A stretch of 43,413 nucleotides of DNA from IMG/VR virus record IMGVR_UViG_3300020045_001629, positions 1 to 43,413 of that record; one strand, given 5' to 3'. Shown here piece by piece: positions 25,490 through 35,190 of this stretch. A program made the position numbers and the translations under genes. The stretch's first letter is position 1. Each line of letters opens with the position of its first letter. The notes beneath the pieces are model-generated. The model saw only the letters and a list, made by a program, of their open reading frames with translations. It ran no database searches and was not told the DNA's origin. The stretch is from a virus (taxonomy: Duplodnaviria; Caudoviricetes).

Positions 25490-27841
25490 ATGGGGGCCTT
25501 TGAATCCAGCTATAAGTCTCTGCTACAAGGGGTATCCCAGCAGATCGCACGGGAACGCCAGCCGGGACAAGTCTCTGCACAAGAGAACATGCTATCTGAT
25601 GTAGTAACTAACTTGCGACGTAGGCCGGGCTGTGAATACAAGTTTAGTCTAGCGTCTAGTGCGGCTACCTACGGTAACATCAAGGCGTGGTACACCGACA
25701 TTGCAGATACCAATGTGCACATTATTATCAACACCAGCACAGGTACTGTATCTGTCCTAGACACTGCGTATGCTGTACTAGCAACTCTTTCAAATACATA
25801 TCTGATAGCAGCAGACAGTAAGAATATCCGAGCCACTACTGTAGGGGATGAGTTGTTCATCTTGAACAGGGAGAAGGTGCCTGTTGCTATAGGTGCTAGT
25901 TCAGGCGTATCCCCTACCTACAGGGGAATGTTCTTTATTGCTGCTGGGGCATTCTCCAAGCAGTACACGGTCACGGTTAGCACCAGCACAGGGAGCATCA
26001 ACGCGAGCTACACAACCCCTACCGGGGCTGCTGTTGGGGATGCCGCTATAACTACCCCCACCTATATTGCTGCCCAGCTTGTAGCCAGCCTGAACGCTAC
26101 TCTTGCCAGTATAGGTATGCTCAGTGCTGCACAGGTGGAGGCATACGTGTACCTGCAATCCGCAGGAACAGCCAGTGCAGTTACAGTGAATTCCAGCACA
26201 GGGACGGCGTACGTTATACCCTCTAAGGATTCGTACTTCACCGTCGAGGGGAATCTTCCTGCCCAGCTTCCCGCAGGGGCTAATGGTTGGATCGTGCGCG
26301 TTGGGGATGTAACCACACCGAAGTACTTCATGTACAACAGCGTTAGAACTGCGTGGTTGGAGTGCGGTGACTTCGTATCACCTACGGCACTTACGAACAT
26401 GCCAGTCTCTCTAACTAAAGCGGGGGCTGTATGGACGCTTGGTGCAACACCGTATGAAGGCAGACTTGCCGGGGATGATACGAGCAATCCTACTCCCCGC
26501 TTCGTGCAGTACGGTATTACAGGAATGGGTGCATTTCAAGGCAGGCTTGCCTTACTCTCCGGCTCACAGGTAGTTCTCAGTGCATCAAACAAGCCACGTA
26601 GGTTCTATCGTAGCACTGTGGCTAGTATCCTTGATAGCGATGTAATCTCAGTTGGATCGAGTGCTAATTCAAGCGCAGCATATGAGTACGCTATCCCATT
26701 CCAGAAGGACCTATTGCTATTCAGCGCGAAGTATCAGGCGCTTATTCCATCTGGCAATGTGGCAATCACACCGCGTACCGCAACGTGTGTTCTAACTAGC
26801 GCATACAGTGCTGACATGAGTTCTGCCCCAGTAGCTTGCGGTAGAAGTTTGATGTACCCCACACCACGCTCTGAAGATTTCTTTGGGGCGCTGGAAATGG
26901 TGCCTAGTACTCAAGTTGATGCACAGTACATCAGTAGCGATAGCACAGCCCACCTACCAAAGTATATGGCGGGGAAGTGCCGGTTTAGCGTTAGCTCTAG
27001 TACTTCAGGGATTGTGCTGTTCGCCCCAAGTGGTGATGAGCGTTCCTTAATCGTGCATGAATATATCTGGAACGGGGATACCAAGGTGCAGGGTGCATGG
27101 CACCGCTGGACCTTCCCGTACGCAATCGCATCGGCGTACTTTGCGAATGAGAAGATTTACCTTCTATTTGTTAATTCCGGGCAGATCGTGGGATGCGCGC
27201 TTGACCCGAAGGTGGGTGTACTTACATTCGCCAATGGCCGCAAGCCATTCCTAGACATGCACAGCCCTAGTGTTATTACAAGCAACATAGTTCCTATCCC
27301 TGCGTGGCTCAGTACCTTTGACCCTGCTGTGGCATCCAAGCTAAGTCTCACAGTTAGAACAGGTGATCTAGCAGGGGAACGAGTTGGTTTCACTGTTCAA
27401 GGAAGTAATCTAAAGACGGTGCGTTCCTACAGTACCGGGGATGTTTCAATGGGCCTTGCGTACCAGAGTGCAGTTAGCCCTACCCCGCCTGTTGTTAAAG
27501 ACGCAAACGAGGTTGTAATTAGTACGGCAAAGACAACACTGCTTAGGTACGTTATTGGCACAACCAATTCCGCTGAGTACAAGGTAATGCTAAAAGATGC
27601 GGCCAGCCCAGATGATACAGCCGAATCTACAAGCACATTGTATTGGTCTAGTTCAGAACTTGAGTTAGGCCGGGCAACCTATGCCAACGAATCTCATGCA
27701 GTCGTCCCATGTAGGACTAATGTAACCAGTACAACTATGGTTGCTTATACATCAGGACTTGGGGAACTAAACGTGGTTAGCATTGAGTACGTTCTTAAAT
27801 TCAACATCAAGATTAAACGTATGGAAGGTAAGTTCAAATAA
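25490..27841 (+). CDS. Tail tubular protein B (gp12-like nozzle)
   Basis: LLQGVSQQ..RER.PGQ, LRRRPG, R.AGDD.SNP.P.F, FQGRL, AWHRW. Confidence 0.95.
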   Translation: MGAFESSYKSLLQGVSQQIARERQPGQVSAQENMLSDVVTNLRRRPGCEYKFSLASSAATYGNIKAWYTDIADTNVHIIINTSTGTVSVLDTAYAVLATLSNTYLIAADSKNIRATTVGDELFILNREKVPVAIGASSGVSPTYRGMFFIAAGAFSKQYTVTVSTSTGSINASYTTPTGAAVGDAAITTPTYIAAQLVASLNATLASIGMLSAAQVEAYVYLQSAGTASAVTVNSSTGTAYVIPSKDSYFTVEGNLPAQLPAGANGWIVRVGDVTTPKYFMYNSVRTAWLECGDFVSPTALTNMPVSLTKAGAVWTLGATPYEGRLAGDDTSNPTPRFVQYGITGMGAFQGRLALLSGSQVVLSASNKPRRFYRSTVASILDSDVISVGSSANSSAAYEYAIPFQKDLLLFSAKYQALIPSGNVAITPRTATCVLTSAYSADMSSAPVACGRSLMYPTPRSEDFFGALEMVPSTQVDAQYISSDSTAHLPKYMAGKCRFSVSSSTSGIVLFAPSGDERSLIVHEYIWNGDTKVQGAWHRWTFPYAIASAYFANEKIYLLFVNSGQIVGCALDPKVGVLTFANGRKPFLDMHSPSVITSNIVPIPAWLSTFDPAVASKLSLTVRTGDLAGERVGFTVQGSNLKTVRSYSTGDVSMGLAYQSAVSPTPPVVKDANEVVISTAKTTLLRYVIGTTNSAEYKVMLKDAASPDDTAESTSTLYWSSSELELGRATYANESHAVVPCRTNVTSTTMVAYTSGLGELNVVSIEYVLKFNIKIKRMEGKFK

Positions 27842-28302
27842 TGGATTTAGTAGAGTACATGCTCCATGAGATAGCAGCACATTCAAAGGAGGATATACGG
27901 GCGGCTATGTTGGGCCTTAAAACCCAGTGGTTAGCCGATCCGAACTCCCTTCCTAGCTCAAGCTGTCCCGTGAAGGATGTATTCGCCCCCGGTGTGTATG
28001 CCAGAGAAATGAGCATACCAAAGGGGGTTCTTCTTATGGGGAAGCTGCATAGGACCGAGCATATCAATGTTATTTCCAAAGGAAGACTAAAGGTATTAAC
28101 GGAAAATGGAGTGGTTGAGATAGTCGCCCCATACACCTTTGTGTCTGGTACAGGGACTCAGCGATTAGGGTACGCGCTAGAAGATACTGTATGGACAACC
28201 TTTCACCCAACAATAGAAACGGACCTCGCCAAGATTGAAGCACTAGTCGTAGCGGAGGATTACTCAGATATAGAACTAACTGCGGAATACGCAGTAGATT
28301 AG
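27841..28302 (+). CDS. Cupin-like protein
   Basis: FAPGVYAREM.IPKG....GKLHRTEH....SKG...AP.TFVS..G..R..YALEDTVW...H pattern. Confidence 0.8.
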   Translation: MDLVEYMLHEIAAHSKEDIRAAMLGLKTQWLADPNSLPSSSCPVKDVFAPGVYAREMSIPKGVLLMGKLHRTEHINVISKGRLKVLTENGVVEIVAPYTFVSGTGTQRLGYALEDTVWTTFHPTIETDLAKIEALVVAEDYSDIELTAEYAVD

Positions 28303-28312
28303 GAACACGCAT

Positions 28313-29005
28313 ATGTCGTGGTTTATGGTAGGAACCGCAGCCGTAACAATGGTTAGCTCAATGAAGCAAGGTGAGGCAGCTAAGGCGGCAGATGAGGTTA
28401 ATCAGGCCAACGCCAGCATCAGCGCCTCTAATGCTACACGCAATTCCGCAGTGCAGAACACCTCAGACAATGAGGCAATCATCAAGGCTAACGTAGCCAG
28501 TACGATTAGAACAGGCTACCGAGTAGGCTTAGCCAATATCCAGCGTGGCTTGCAGAAGCGCCAGAATGTACAGCAAGGCTATGAGATTACCAAAGGAGGC
28601 GGTGACGCCCTTGGTAAAGCTACAGCCAATGCTGCTGCTGCTGGTTCAGTAGGCTCAAGCGTAGATGCTGTGCTTGGGGATATTCAAATGAAGATTGGTG
28701 AGGCACAGGCCAGCCTGTCTAATAAAGACGAGGTGGATGCAGCCAACTTCAGGACTCAGATTGAAAGCATTGCATACGAAGGTAGCTCTGCAATCATTCA
28801 GTCTAAAGAGCGGGGTGTAGATGCGTACGCCCTAGTATCTGGGCCAAAGGTTGATATTATGGGTAACGCCCTTCTAGCAGGGGCTTCGAGCTTCGCATCA
28901 AGCTATGCGTCTAGCAAAATGAAACTTGGCCTTGGTAGCTCAACCCCTAGCACATCGCTATCGGCTAACTGGGATATTCCAATGCAAGAGGGAGGCGGGT
29001 ACTAA
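28313..29005 (+). CDS. Internal virion (ejection) protein A, gp14-like
   Basis: Hydrophobic N-terminus; Ala/Gly/Gln-rich; AAAAGSVGSSV motif; synteny. Confidence 0.85.
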   Translation: MSWFMVGTAAVTMVSSMKQGEAAKAADEVNQANASISASNATRNSAVQNTSDNEAIIKANVASTIRTGYRVGLANIQRGLQKRQNVQQGYEITKGGGDALGKATANAAAAGSVGSSVDAVLGDIQMKIGEAQASLSNKDEVDAANFRTQIESIAYEGSSAIIQSKERGVDAYALVSGPKVDIMGNALLAGASSFASSYASSKMKLGLGSSTPSTSLSANWDIPMQEGGGY

Positions 29006-31746
29006 TGGTACAACGGCAGTCGGAGGGTATCAATCTTACCCCGCAAGACACTACGCAGTACGCACAGGCTAATGGGCAGTACCGAGCACCACAGTTCTCC
29101 CAGACTACTAATGTGTCCACTCATGTAGGAACTAACAGTAATAGTAATGCCCACAGTGACCGTGTTCTACAAACCATTCTTGGTGATGCAGGCAATATAA
29201 TGCAGGTCGGACTTAAGACCTCTCAAGAGGAAGCATACCTTCAAGGTGCGTCCAAGGTTGGACAGATCAAGTCTGAGGCAGAACTCGAAGGCAATCCTAT
29301 TACCCGTGACTGGGCTGTAGCAGGCTATCGGGATACCTCTGGGCGTATGGCACTTGCAGCACAGGAGGCTAGTCTCCCAAAGGATATGCTTACTCTCAGG
29401 GAACAATCCCCAGAGAAGATGCAGGAGTACTTGGCTAAGCGTAGAGCAGAGTTAGTACCTACGCTTGAGGGCATGTCCCGTACTCAACGTGCTGCACAGT
29501 TCGGACAACTCCTTCTGAATGACACAGCCGCTATTAGCACGCACACTGCTGAGCACACGAAGTTCATTATTGAAACTGAGCAAAAGTCATTTCAAGGTGT
29601 GTACGCTACTTCTCTTGCTGCCCTTACTAGGGCTACTGCAAGCGGAAGCCCAGAATCGCAGGCAGATACCTTAAAGGTAGCCGCAGGTACTTTGTACAGC
29701 ATGGTGCTTGCTAATGACAAACTCCCTGGTGCTATCAAGCAGAAGATGCTGAGTGAGGCAACCCAGCACGCATTGGCAGAGAACCAAGTGGCGCTGTACG
29801 ACGTTATCCGAAACCAAGAAGTACCGGACCCCACCACAGGCAAGCCAGCTACGATGTTCAGTATGCTGCCTGAGTCTGAGCAGATCAAGTTATCGAACCA
29901 GCACCGAGAGGCAATGGGACGTACTGAGGCAATGCGTGGAGCACAGTACGGGGATGAGCTTGGTAAGTACAAAGCAGTTCTGTCAGACCCTACGGCGGAT
30001 GCTCCCAATAAGGATGAGCTAGACCGCTTCATGGACTATGGTACTCGTCAAGGGCATCTAGGTAAGGGGGAGCGTGTCTCCCTGAATGATGCGTACTGGA
30101 CGAAGGTAGGCAAGCAGGGAAATGAGGCTGCCCTTGCGACTGCCCTAGTTAATGGGGATAGGGAAAGTATCTTCAAGCAGGGGAAGACAGAGAAGGATGC
30201 TCTCACCGCTTGGACTAAGAGTGCTGCCAAGAGCGGTATGAGTCGGGACCAAGTTATTCAGGGTCTAGCTACGCATGGCTCCAATGGCTTCCTTGATGCG
30301 TTCACGCAGATGGGCGACATGACCAAGGGCGACGTAGCCAGTATGCTGAATACCGATGGAAAGGTTAATGCCCAGTCTGCTACGGTCGTGCATAACATCT
30401 TGACCAAGCTAAGCAAACTAGAGGCTGACGGTAAAGATGGATCGTTCACCTCGTACTTGAAAGCCTTTGATCCTTCTGCACAGAGCACCCTTACGTATAT
30501 GCGCGAGGGGCAACGTCAGGGCATGGGGGCCGAGGCTGCTGCACAGTTCGCAAGTCAGCGAGTTACGGAAGATAAGAAGTACACACCAGAGCAACGTACC
30601 GCTATCTCGGAAGCAAGCGGAAAAGACGATACCGCATATGCGTACTCTCTTGGGGAAAAGCAATTCTTCGGGAATCTGTATAACAAGGCTAAAGGTATAG
30701 TTGGACTTGGGGATGGTTCGAACAAACTGAACACATACCGAGCATGGTTCGAGAATCCTGATCGTGTTGCAGAGTCCGTTGAGCAAACCCGCATTGCTGT
30801 GCTAGAAGAAATGGGGTACGTGAGCAAGATCAGCCCAATGAAGAACGTGGGTGATCGTGCCAGCATTGCTATCGCTGAAGTGCAGAAGCGAACTATTAGC
30901 ACTGAAGGCGGGAATCTCATTCTTCCGAGAGGTGCAAACATCCAGCAGTACTTTGGTGTTCCAGCTTCGGCAGGGAACGAAGACATTGGCAAAGCACTTA
31001 ACAGCATGGTTAAGCCTATGTCTGAGGATGGGCGCATTCAGTTCTCTGCACATGAGGGGCGGGTTAAGTACACGGAGTACGGCAAGGACGGTCTTCGTGT
31101 ACAGGATGCAGTTATCTCCCCAAAGGACGTAGCTAAGCAACTTCAGGACATGTGGGCGGGTGCTGGTGTAACTGCGGATCAGGTTAGCGGCTCAGGTGTT
31201 ACGCGCAAGGTCGGTGGCCTAGACATTCAGTTCAATGGTCGTAACACTGCGGCTGTTCCTGATGACTTGGTATTCAAGTTCCGAGATAACCTCATCAAGC
31301 ATGAAGGTGTTAGGGATACCCCGTACAAAGACCTATCCGGCAAGATAGTTGATGGTGCGCCGGTAATGACTGTAGGTGTGGGTGTTAGCTCGCATAATCC
31401 ACACTACCCTGCGATTGGTCTTGATGGTCGTGTAGGTTCCCGTGAGGCTACGGAGTCCTTCCGCAAGGCTAGTAATGATGCTGCTGTAGCTGGGGCTAAT
31501 GTCCAGCGTAGTGTAGGCATCAAGGGGAATGACGCATTCCTACTGTATAGCGAACTCGCGTATCAGTCTGGAACTGCGTTCTACACCAAACCAGCTTATA
31601 AGGAAATGCTTGGGGCCATGCGCTCTGGTGATGCAGATAAAGCTGTAGAAGCACTGCGCAAGACTCCCGCTTGGACGATGAGCGGTAAAGGTTCAGACAG
31701 GCAAGTTAGCTACGAAGCACTCTTGCGTAAATCTATGAAAGGTTAA
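29005..31746 (+). CDS. Internal virion protein B with C-terminal lysozyme-like domain
   Basis: 913 aa; C-terminal KHEGVRDTPYKD...TVGVG...LAYQ.G muramidase-like region, as in phiKMV gp36. Confidence 0.88.
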   Translation: MVQRQSEGINLTPQDTTQYAQANGQYRAPQFSQTTNVSTHVGTNSNSNAHSDRVLQTILGDAGNIMQVGLKTSQEEAYLQGASKVGQIKSEAELEGNPITRDWAVAGYRDTSGRMALAAQEASLPKDMLTLREQSPEKMQEYLAKRRAELVPTLEGMSRTQRAAQFGQLLLNDTAAISTHTAEHTKFIIETEQKSFQGVYATSLAALTRATASGSPESQADTLKVAAGTLYSMVLANDKLPGAIKQKMLSEATQHALAENQVALYDVIRNQEVPDPTTGKPATMFSMLPESEQIKLSNQHREAMGRTEAMRGAQYGDELGKYKAVLSDPTADAPNKDELDRFMDYGTRQGHLGKGERVSLNDAYWTKVGKQGNEAALATALVNGDRESIFKQGKTEKDALTAWTKSAAKSGMSRDQVIQGLATHGSNGFLDAFTQMGDMTKGDVASMLNTDGKVNAQSATVVHNILTKLSKLEADGKDGSFTSYLKAFDPSAQSTLTYMREGQRQGMGAEAAAQFASQRVTEDKKYTPEQRTAISEASGKDDTAYAYSLGEKQFFGNLYNKAKGIVGLGDGSNKLNTYRAWFENPDRVAESVEQTRIAVLEEMGYVSKISPMKNVGDRASIAIAEVQKRTISTEGGNLILPRGANIQQYFGVPASAGNEDIGKALNSMVKPMSEDGRIQFSAHEGRVKYTEYGKDGLRVQDAVISPKDVAKQLQDMWAGAGVTADQVSGSGVTRKVGGLDIQFNGRNTAAVPDDLVFKFRDNLIKHEGVRDTPYKDLSGKIVDGAPVMTVGVGVSSHNPHYPAIGLDGRVGSREATESFRKASNDAAVAGANVQRSVGIKGNDAFLLYSELAYQSGTAFYTKPAYKEMLGAMRSGDADKAVEALRKTPAWTMSGKGSDRQVSYEALLRKSMKG

Positions 31747-31747
31747 G

Positions 31748-34700
31748 ATGCAAACAAGTATTGATCCCAAGATGTACGGCGGGGAAGACCTCCCTGCTGA
31801 TGTGAAGGCACCAGAGATTAAGGTAGCAGAACCAGCAGTATCTGCACCTGTTGCTGAAGTACCTGCTGGTTCCCCCATGCTTGGGACGGTACTTAATGCA
31901 CAGGCTACGCAGATGCAAGAATCTGCACGTAGGGAAGCTGCACCAGTGCTTGCTAGTATTGGTGCAGCGTTCACGCAGTCTAGCCTTGGTTCCGTGTATG
32001 ACCTCATCACGAAGCCCTCATTCGAGCCAGATAGTACCCCTGCCAGCAAGTCGGCATTTCTCTCGAATGTCCCGTTCGTAATGAGCACAGAAGAACGTGA
32101 GTTCATCGAGCGGCAAGGCAGCACGAAGGGTATGCAGTGGGCTGTGGAGCAGATTCAAAGCCAGAAGGTAGCCCAGCAAGCAATGGGGGATCACCCCCTT
32201 GCAGCGGGGCTTACTGCAATGGCAGACATCGGGTATTTCGGTATTGATGCAACCAGCCTTGGTGCCTCGAAAGCCCTGCGCCTTGGTCGGGCTGGTGCTG
32301 CTGTAACCGCTGGCGTGGGTGCTGGTGCCCTTGGGCTGGCTCAGGCTCAGGTGAGTCCCATGAGTACTCAGGACATCATCCAGAACGCCTTGCTGAACGC
32401 TGCTGCCACGGGGATGCTCTGGTCCAAGGGTGCTGTCCCAGGTGCAGGCAAGCTCCTCCCGAAAGACCCTGAGTTTCCCGGTAAAGAGTTGCAGGCACTC
32501 GCACAGGCTGGCGTCAAGGTCGAGCCTGCACTGGCACCGGAAGTACCTGCCCTGACCATAACCAGTACCAAGGCTTCGACTGACCCGCTCACCGGGACTA
32601 CCCATACCGTGAAGCTAAGCGATGGGTCAGAGTTCCAGATTCAGAAGCTGAACTCTGTGGAATCTATGGGGCTACCCGGTTGGCACGGTGTGGGTGCTGA
32701 TGCTAAGGGCTTTCTAGGGGATACTAAGAAGGACGCTATCGACGAGGTTATTCGTACCAAGAATAAGACTATGCTAGAGGACGCAGGACTTGTGGGAAGT
32801 TCTCCTGATACCTTGACCTTCAAGATGGAGCGGCAGGTTAAAGAGGTTAATCCTCGTCCGTACCCTGCTGGCCTAGAGCCGGGTGTAGTCAGCGACCCTA
32901 GCATCACTGCTACTGCGATTGATAAACTGGTTACGCGTACATGGTCAGAGAAGGCAGGGGATACTCTAGGCTGGAACATCCATAAGACTATGAGTGGCTT
33001 TGGCCCAGTAGGTAAAACGGTGGCTGACCTGCTGTATGACAACAACGCGAACTTGAGCATCCACAGTATTGAGTCACATCAGGTAGCAGCACGCAGAGAA
33101 CTCACACGCTTGAAGTGGGTGCATGATGACCTTCTCCGAACTGCTATGGCAGAAGATGGCTTTGGCTTTGGTAATCAAATCTGGAAGTACAAAGAATCCG
33201 CTGCACACCAAGCAGGACTAGAAAGAGAAGTCTCTCTTGAAATGCTCCGCCGCGATCAGAACTTCCGCCAAGGCAGACCCATTGCCGATAGCTCCGTATC
33301 CCCACGAATTACCAAGATGGCCGACGCCCTCTCGGAAGTACCTAACCGTGCGCTGCAAGAACTCAAGGCAGCGGGAGTACAGGGTGTAGAGGGGGTAGGT
33401 TACAACCCCGGATGGATTAAGCGCGTCTGGAGTTCCGGCAAGGTGCAGGAGAAGCTGGATGCTCTTGTGGCTGCTGGTATGACTGAGAAGCAAGCAAAGA
33501 ATGCGTTACATCAGTTGGTTGCGGACAGTATTGCTAATGCTACTGGAATGGATGCAAGCATCGCTAAGCATGTAGGCGGTGCCACCATTGATAGAGCACT
33601 CCGCAAAGGGGCGTTTGAGGATGCAGTGTTTAATGCGAATGCCGGGGCAGACACAGCCAAGGTAGTACGAGACATGCTCAAGGAGTATGGACTTGAGGGC
33701 AAGGAGCTTCAGCGTGTCATGGATGTACTCACAGCGAATGCTGATGAGGGAGGTAAGGCTGGCTTCTTGAAGCACCGCATGGACTTGGACTACACCAGCA
33801 CCATGCAGCATAACGGAGTAGCTATCAATGTCACTGACCTACTGGACCACAACGCATCCGGCCTGATGGATCGCTACATCGACAATGTTGCATCCCAAGT
33901 GGCATTTGCAAAGAAGGGATTCACTAGCTCTAGCAGTATCACAGCACTACGTGAGGAACTTGTAGCTAGTCTAAAGGGAAATGCCAAGGCCCAGGCTGAT
34001 GCTGTTCACCTGTTCGATGAATCGGTAAAGCACCTGCGCGGTGATCCTACTGGCACTGATATGGGGCAAGCACTGCGCACCACCTCTGTGATTAACCGCA
34101 TGATTTCCCTTGGCGCATCAGGATACTGGCAGCTTACTGAGTACGCAACCATGATGGGGCAGTACGGTGCGCTCAAGAGTATCAAGTACATTGTGCAGGA
34201 AATGCCTATGTTCAAGGGGATGCTAGAGACTGCTGCGACTAACAAGCAGTACAGCCAGCATCTTAAAGACATCCTCACCAATGCGGCAGATGAGAACATG
34301 CGCCTTAAGCCGTTCCTGCAAAGATTCGAGGATGGTTTCGACATGCCTAGTAGCGCCTCGCTTAGCATGAGTTTGCAACACGCCTCGCAGCTAGTACCGT
34401 ATCTTAACGGTATGAAGTACGTACATGCGCACCAAGCCAGAGTAACAGCCAATCTCATCCTAGACACCCTGAGCAATGCCGCCAAGGGAGACATCAAAGC
34501 AGTAGCCGCCCTTGAGAAATATGGCATCAAGGCAGAGCACCTTACACAACTCAAATCCGATGTTACCCAGCATGGTATGCAGGTAGACAAGTGGGCCGAT
34601 GGTGCATGGGGAAATGTGCGGCCTGCCTTTATGAAGATGATGGATGAGTCTGTCCTGCATCAGCGTATGGGGGATATGCCTGCGTTCGCTATGCTCAACC

Positions 34701-35137
34701 CCGTAGGCAAGTTCATCTTCACGTACCGAGGCTTTGTACTGCAAGCACATAACAAGATTCTCGCAGGAGGTTTGCAGCGGGATGGCTTTGCAGGTGTGGG
34801 CCTTATGCTTGCGTACCAGTTCCCTATGGCTGCTGCCGTTGTAGCTGCACAGAACAATCTCAGCGGTAAGCCTGAACTCAGCATGACAGACCTAGCCGCA
34901 AAGTCCGTTGGGCAAATGGGGGGTGTTGGTTTAGGTAGTGAGGTTTGGAGTTGGGCAGCAGGTACAAAGAAGGGTATGGGGGCACCGGGCCTTATTCCGT
35001 TTGACCGTGCAGCCAATCTTGTTGGGGATGTATTCAAAGGCGACCCTAAACGTGTTGCACATGATGCGTTCGGACTCACACCTCTACTTAGCATCATCCC
35101 ACCGCTTAAAGCAATGGAAGCATTAAGCCAGAAGTAA
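31748..35137 (+). CDS. Internal virion protein C (gp16-like position)
   Basis: 1129 aa; synteny before the tail fibre; C-terminal P.F..NPVGKFIFTYR.F pattern. Confidence 0.88.
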   Translation: MQTSIDPKMYGGEDLPADVKAPEIKVAEPAVSAPVAEVPAGSPMLGTVLNAQATQMQESARREAAPVLASIGAAFTQSSLGSVYDLITKPSFEPDSTPASKSAFLSNVPFVMSTEEREFIERQGSTKGMQWAVEQIQSQKVAQQAMGDHPLAAGLTAMADIGYFGIDATSLGASKALRLGRAGAAVTAGVGAGALGLAQAQVSPMSTQDIIQNALLNAAATGMLWSKGAVPGAGKLLPKDPEFPGKELQALAQAGVKVEPALAPEVPALTITSTKASTDPLTGTTHTVKLSDGSEFQIQKLNSVESMGLPGWHGVGADAKGFLGDTKKDAIDEVIRTKNKTMLEDAGLVGSSPDTLTFKMERQVKEVNPRPYPAGLEPGVVSDPSITATAIDKLVTRTWSEKAGDTLGWNIHKTMSGFGPVGKTVADLLYDNNANLSIHSIESHQVAARRELTRLKWVHDDLLRTAMAEDGFGFGNQIWKYKESAAHQAGLEREVSLEMLRRDQNFRQGRPIADSSVSPRITKMADALSEVPNRALQELKAAGVQGVEGVGYNPGWIKRVWSSGKVQEKLDALVAAGMTEKQAKNALHQLVADSIANATGMDASIAKHVGGATIDRALRKGAFEDAVFNANAGADTAKVVRDMLKEYGLEGKELQRVMDVLTANADEGGKAGFLKHRMDLDYTSTMQHNGVAINVTDLLDHNASGLMDRYIDNVASQVAFAKKGFTSSSSITALREELVASLKGNAKAQADAVHLFDESVKHLRGDPTGTDMGQALRTTSVINRMISLGASGYWQLTEYATMMGQYGALKSIKYIVQEMPMFKGMLETAATNKQYSQHLKDILTNAADENMRLKPFLQRFEDGFDMPSSASLSMSLQHASQLVPYLNGMKYVHAHQARVTANLILDTLSNAAKGDIKAVAALEKYGIKAEHLTQLKSDVTQHGMQVDKWADGAWGNVRPAFMKMMDESVLHQRMGDMPAFAMLNPVGKFIFTYRGFVLQAHNKILAGGLQRDGFAGVGLMLAYQFPMAAAVVAAQNNLSGKPELSMTDLAAKSVGQMGGVGLGSEVWSWAAGTKKGMGAPGLIPFDRAANLVGDVFKGDPKRVAHDAFGLTPLLSIIPPLKAMEALSQK

Positions 35138-35157
35138 CCCTACTAAGTACAGATTAC

Positions 35158-35174
35158 AGCGACACTTAGAGGAC
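35158..35174 (+). promoter_or_regulatory. Phage RNAP late promoter 2
   Basis: AGCGACACTTAGAGGAC, exact repeat of 20368-20384, directly upstream of the tailspike RBS. Confidence 0.85.
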
Positions 35175-35190
35175 AACCAAAGGAATAACT

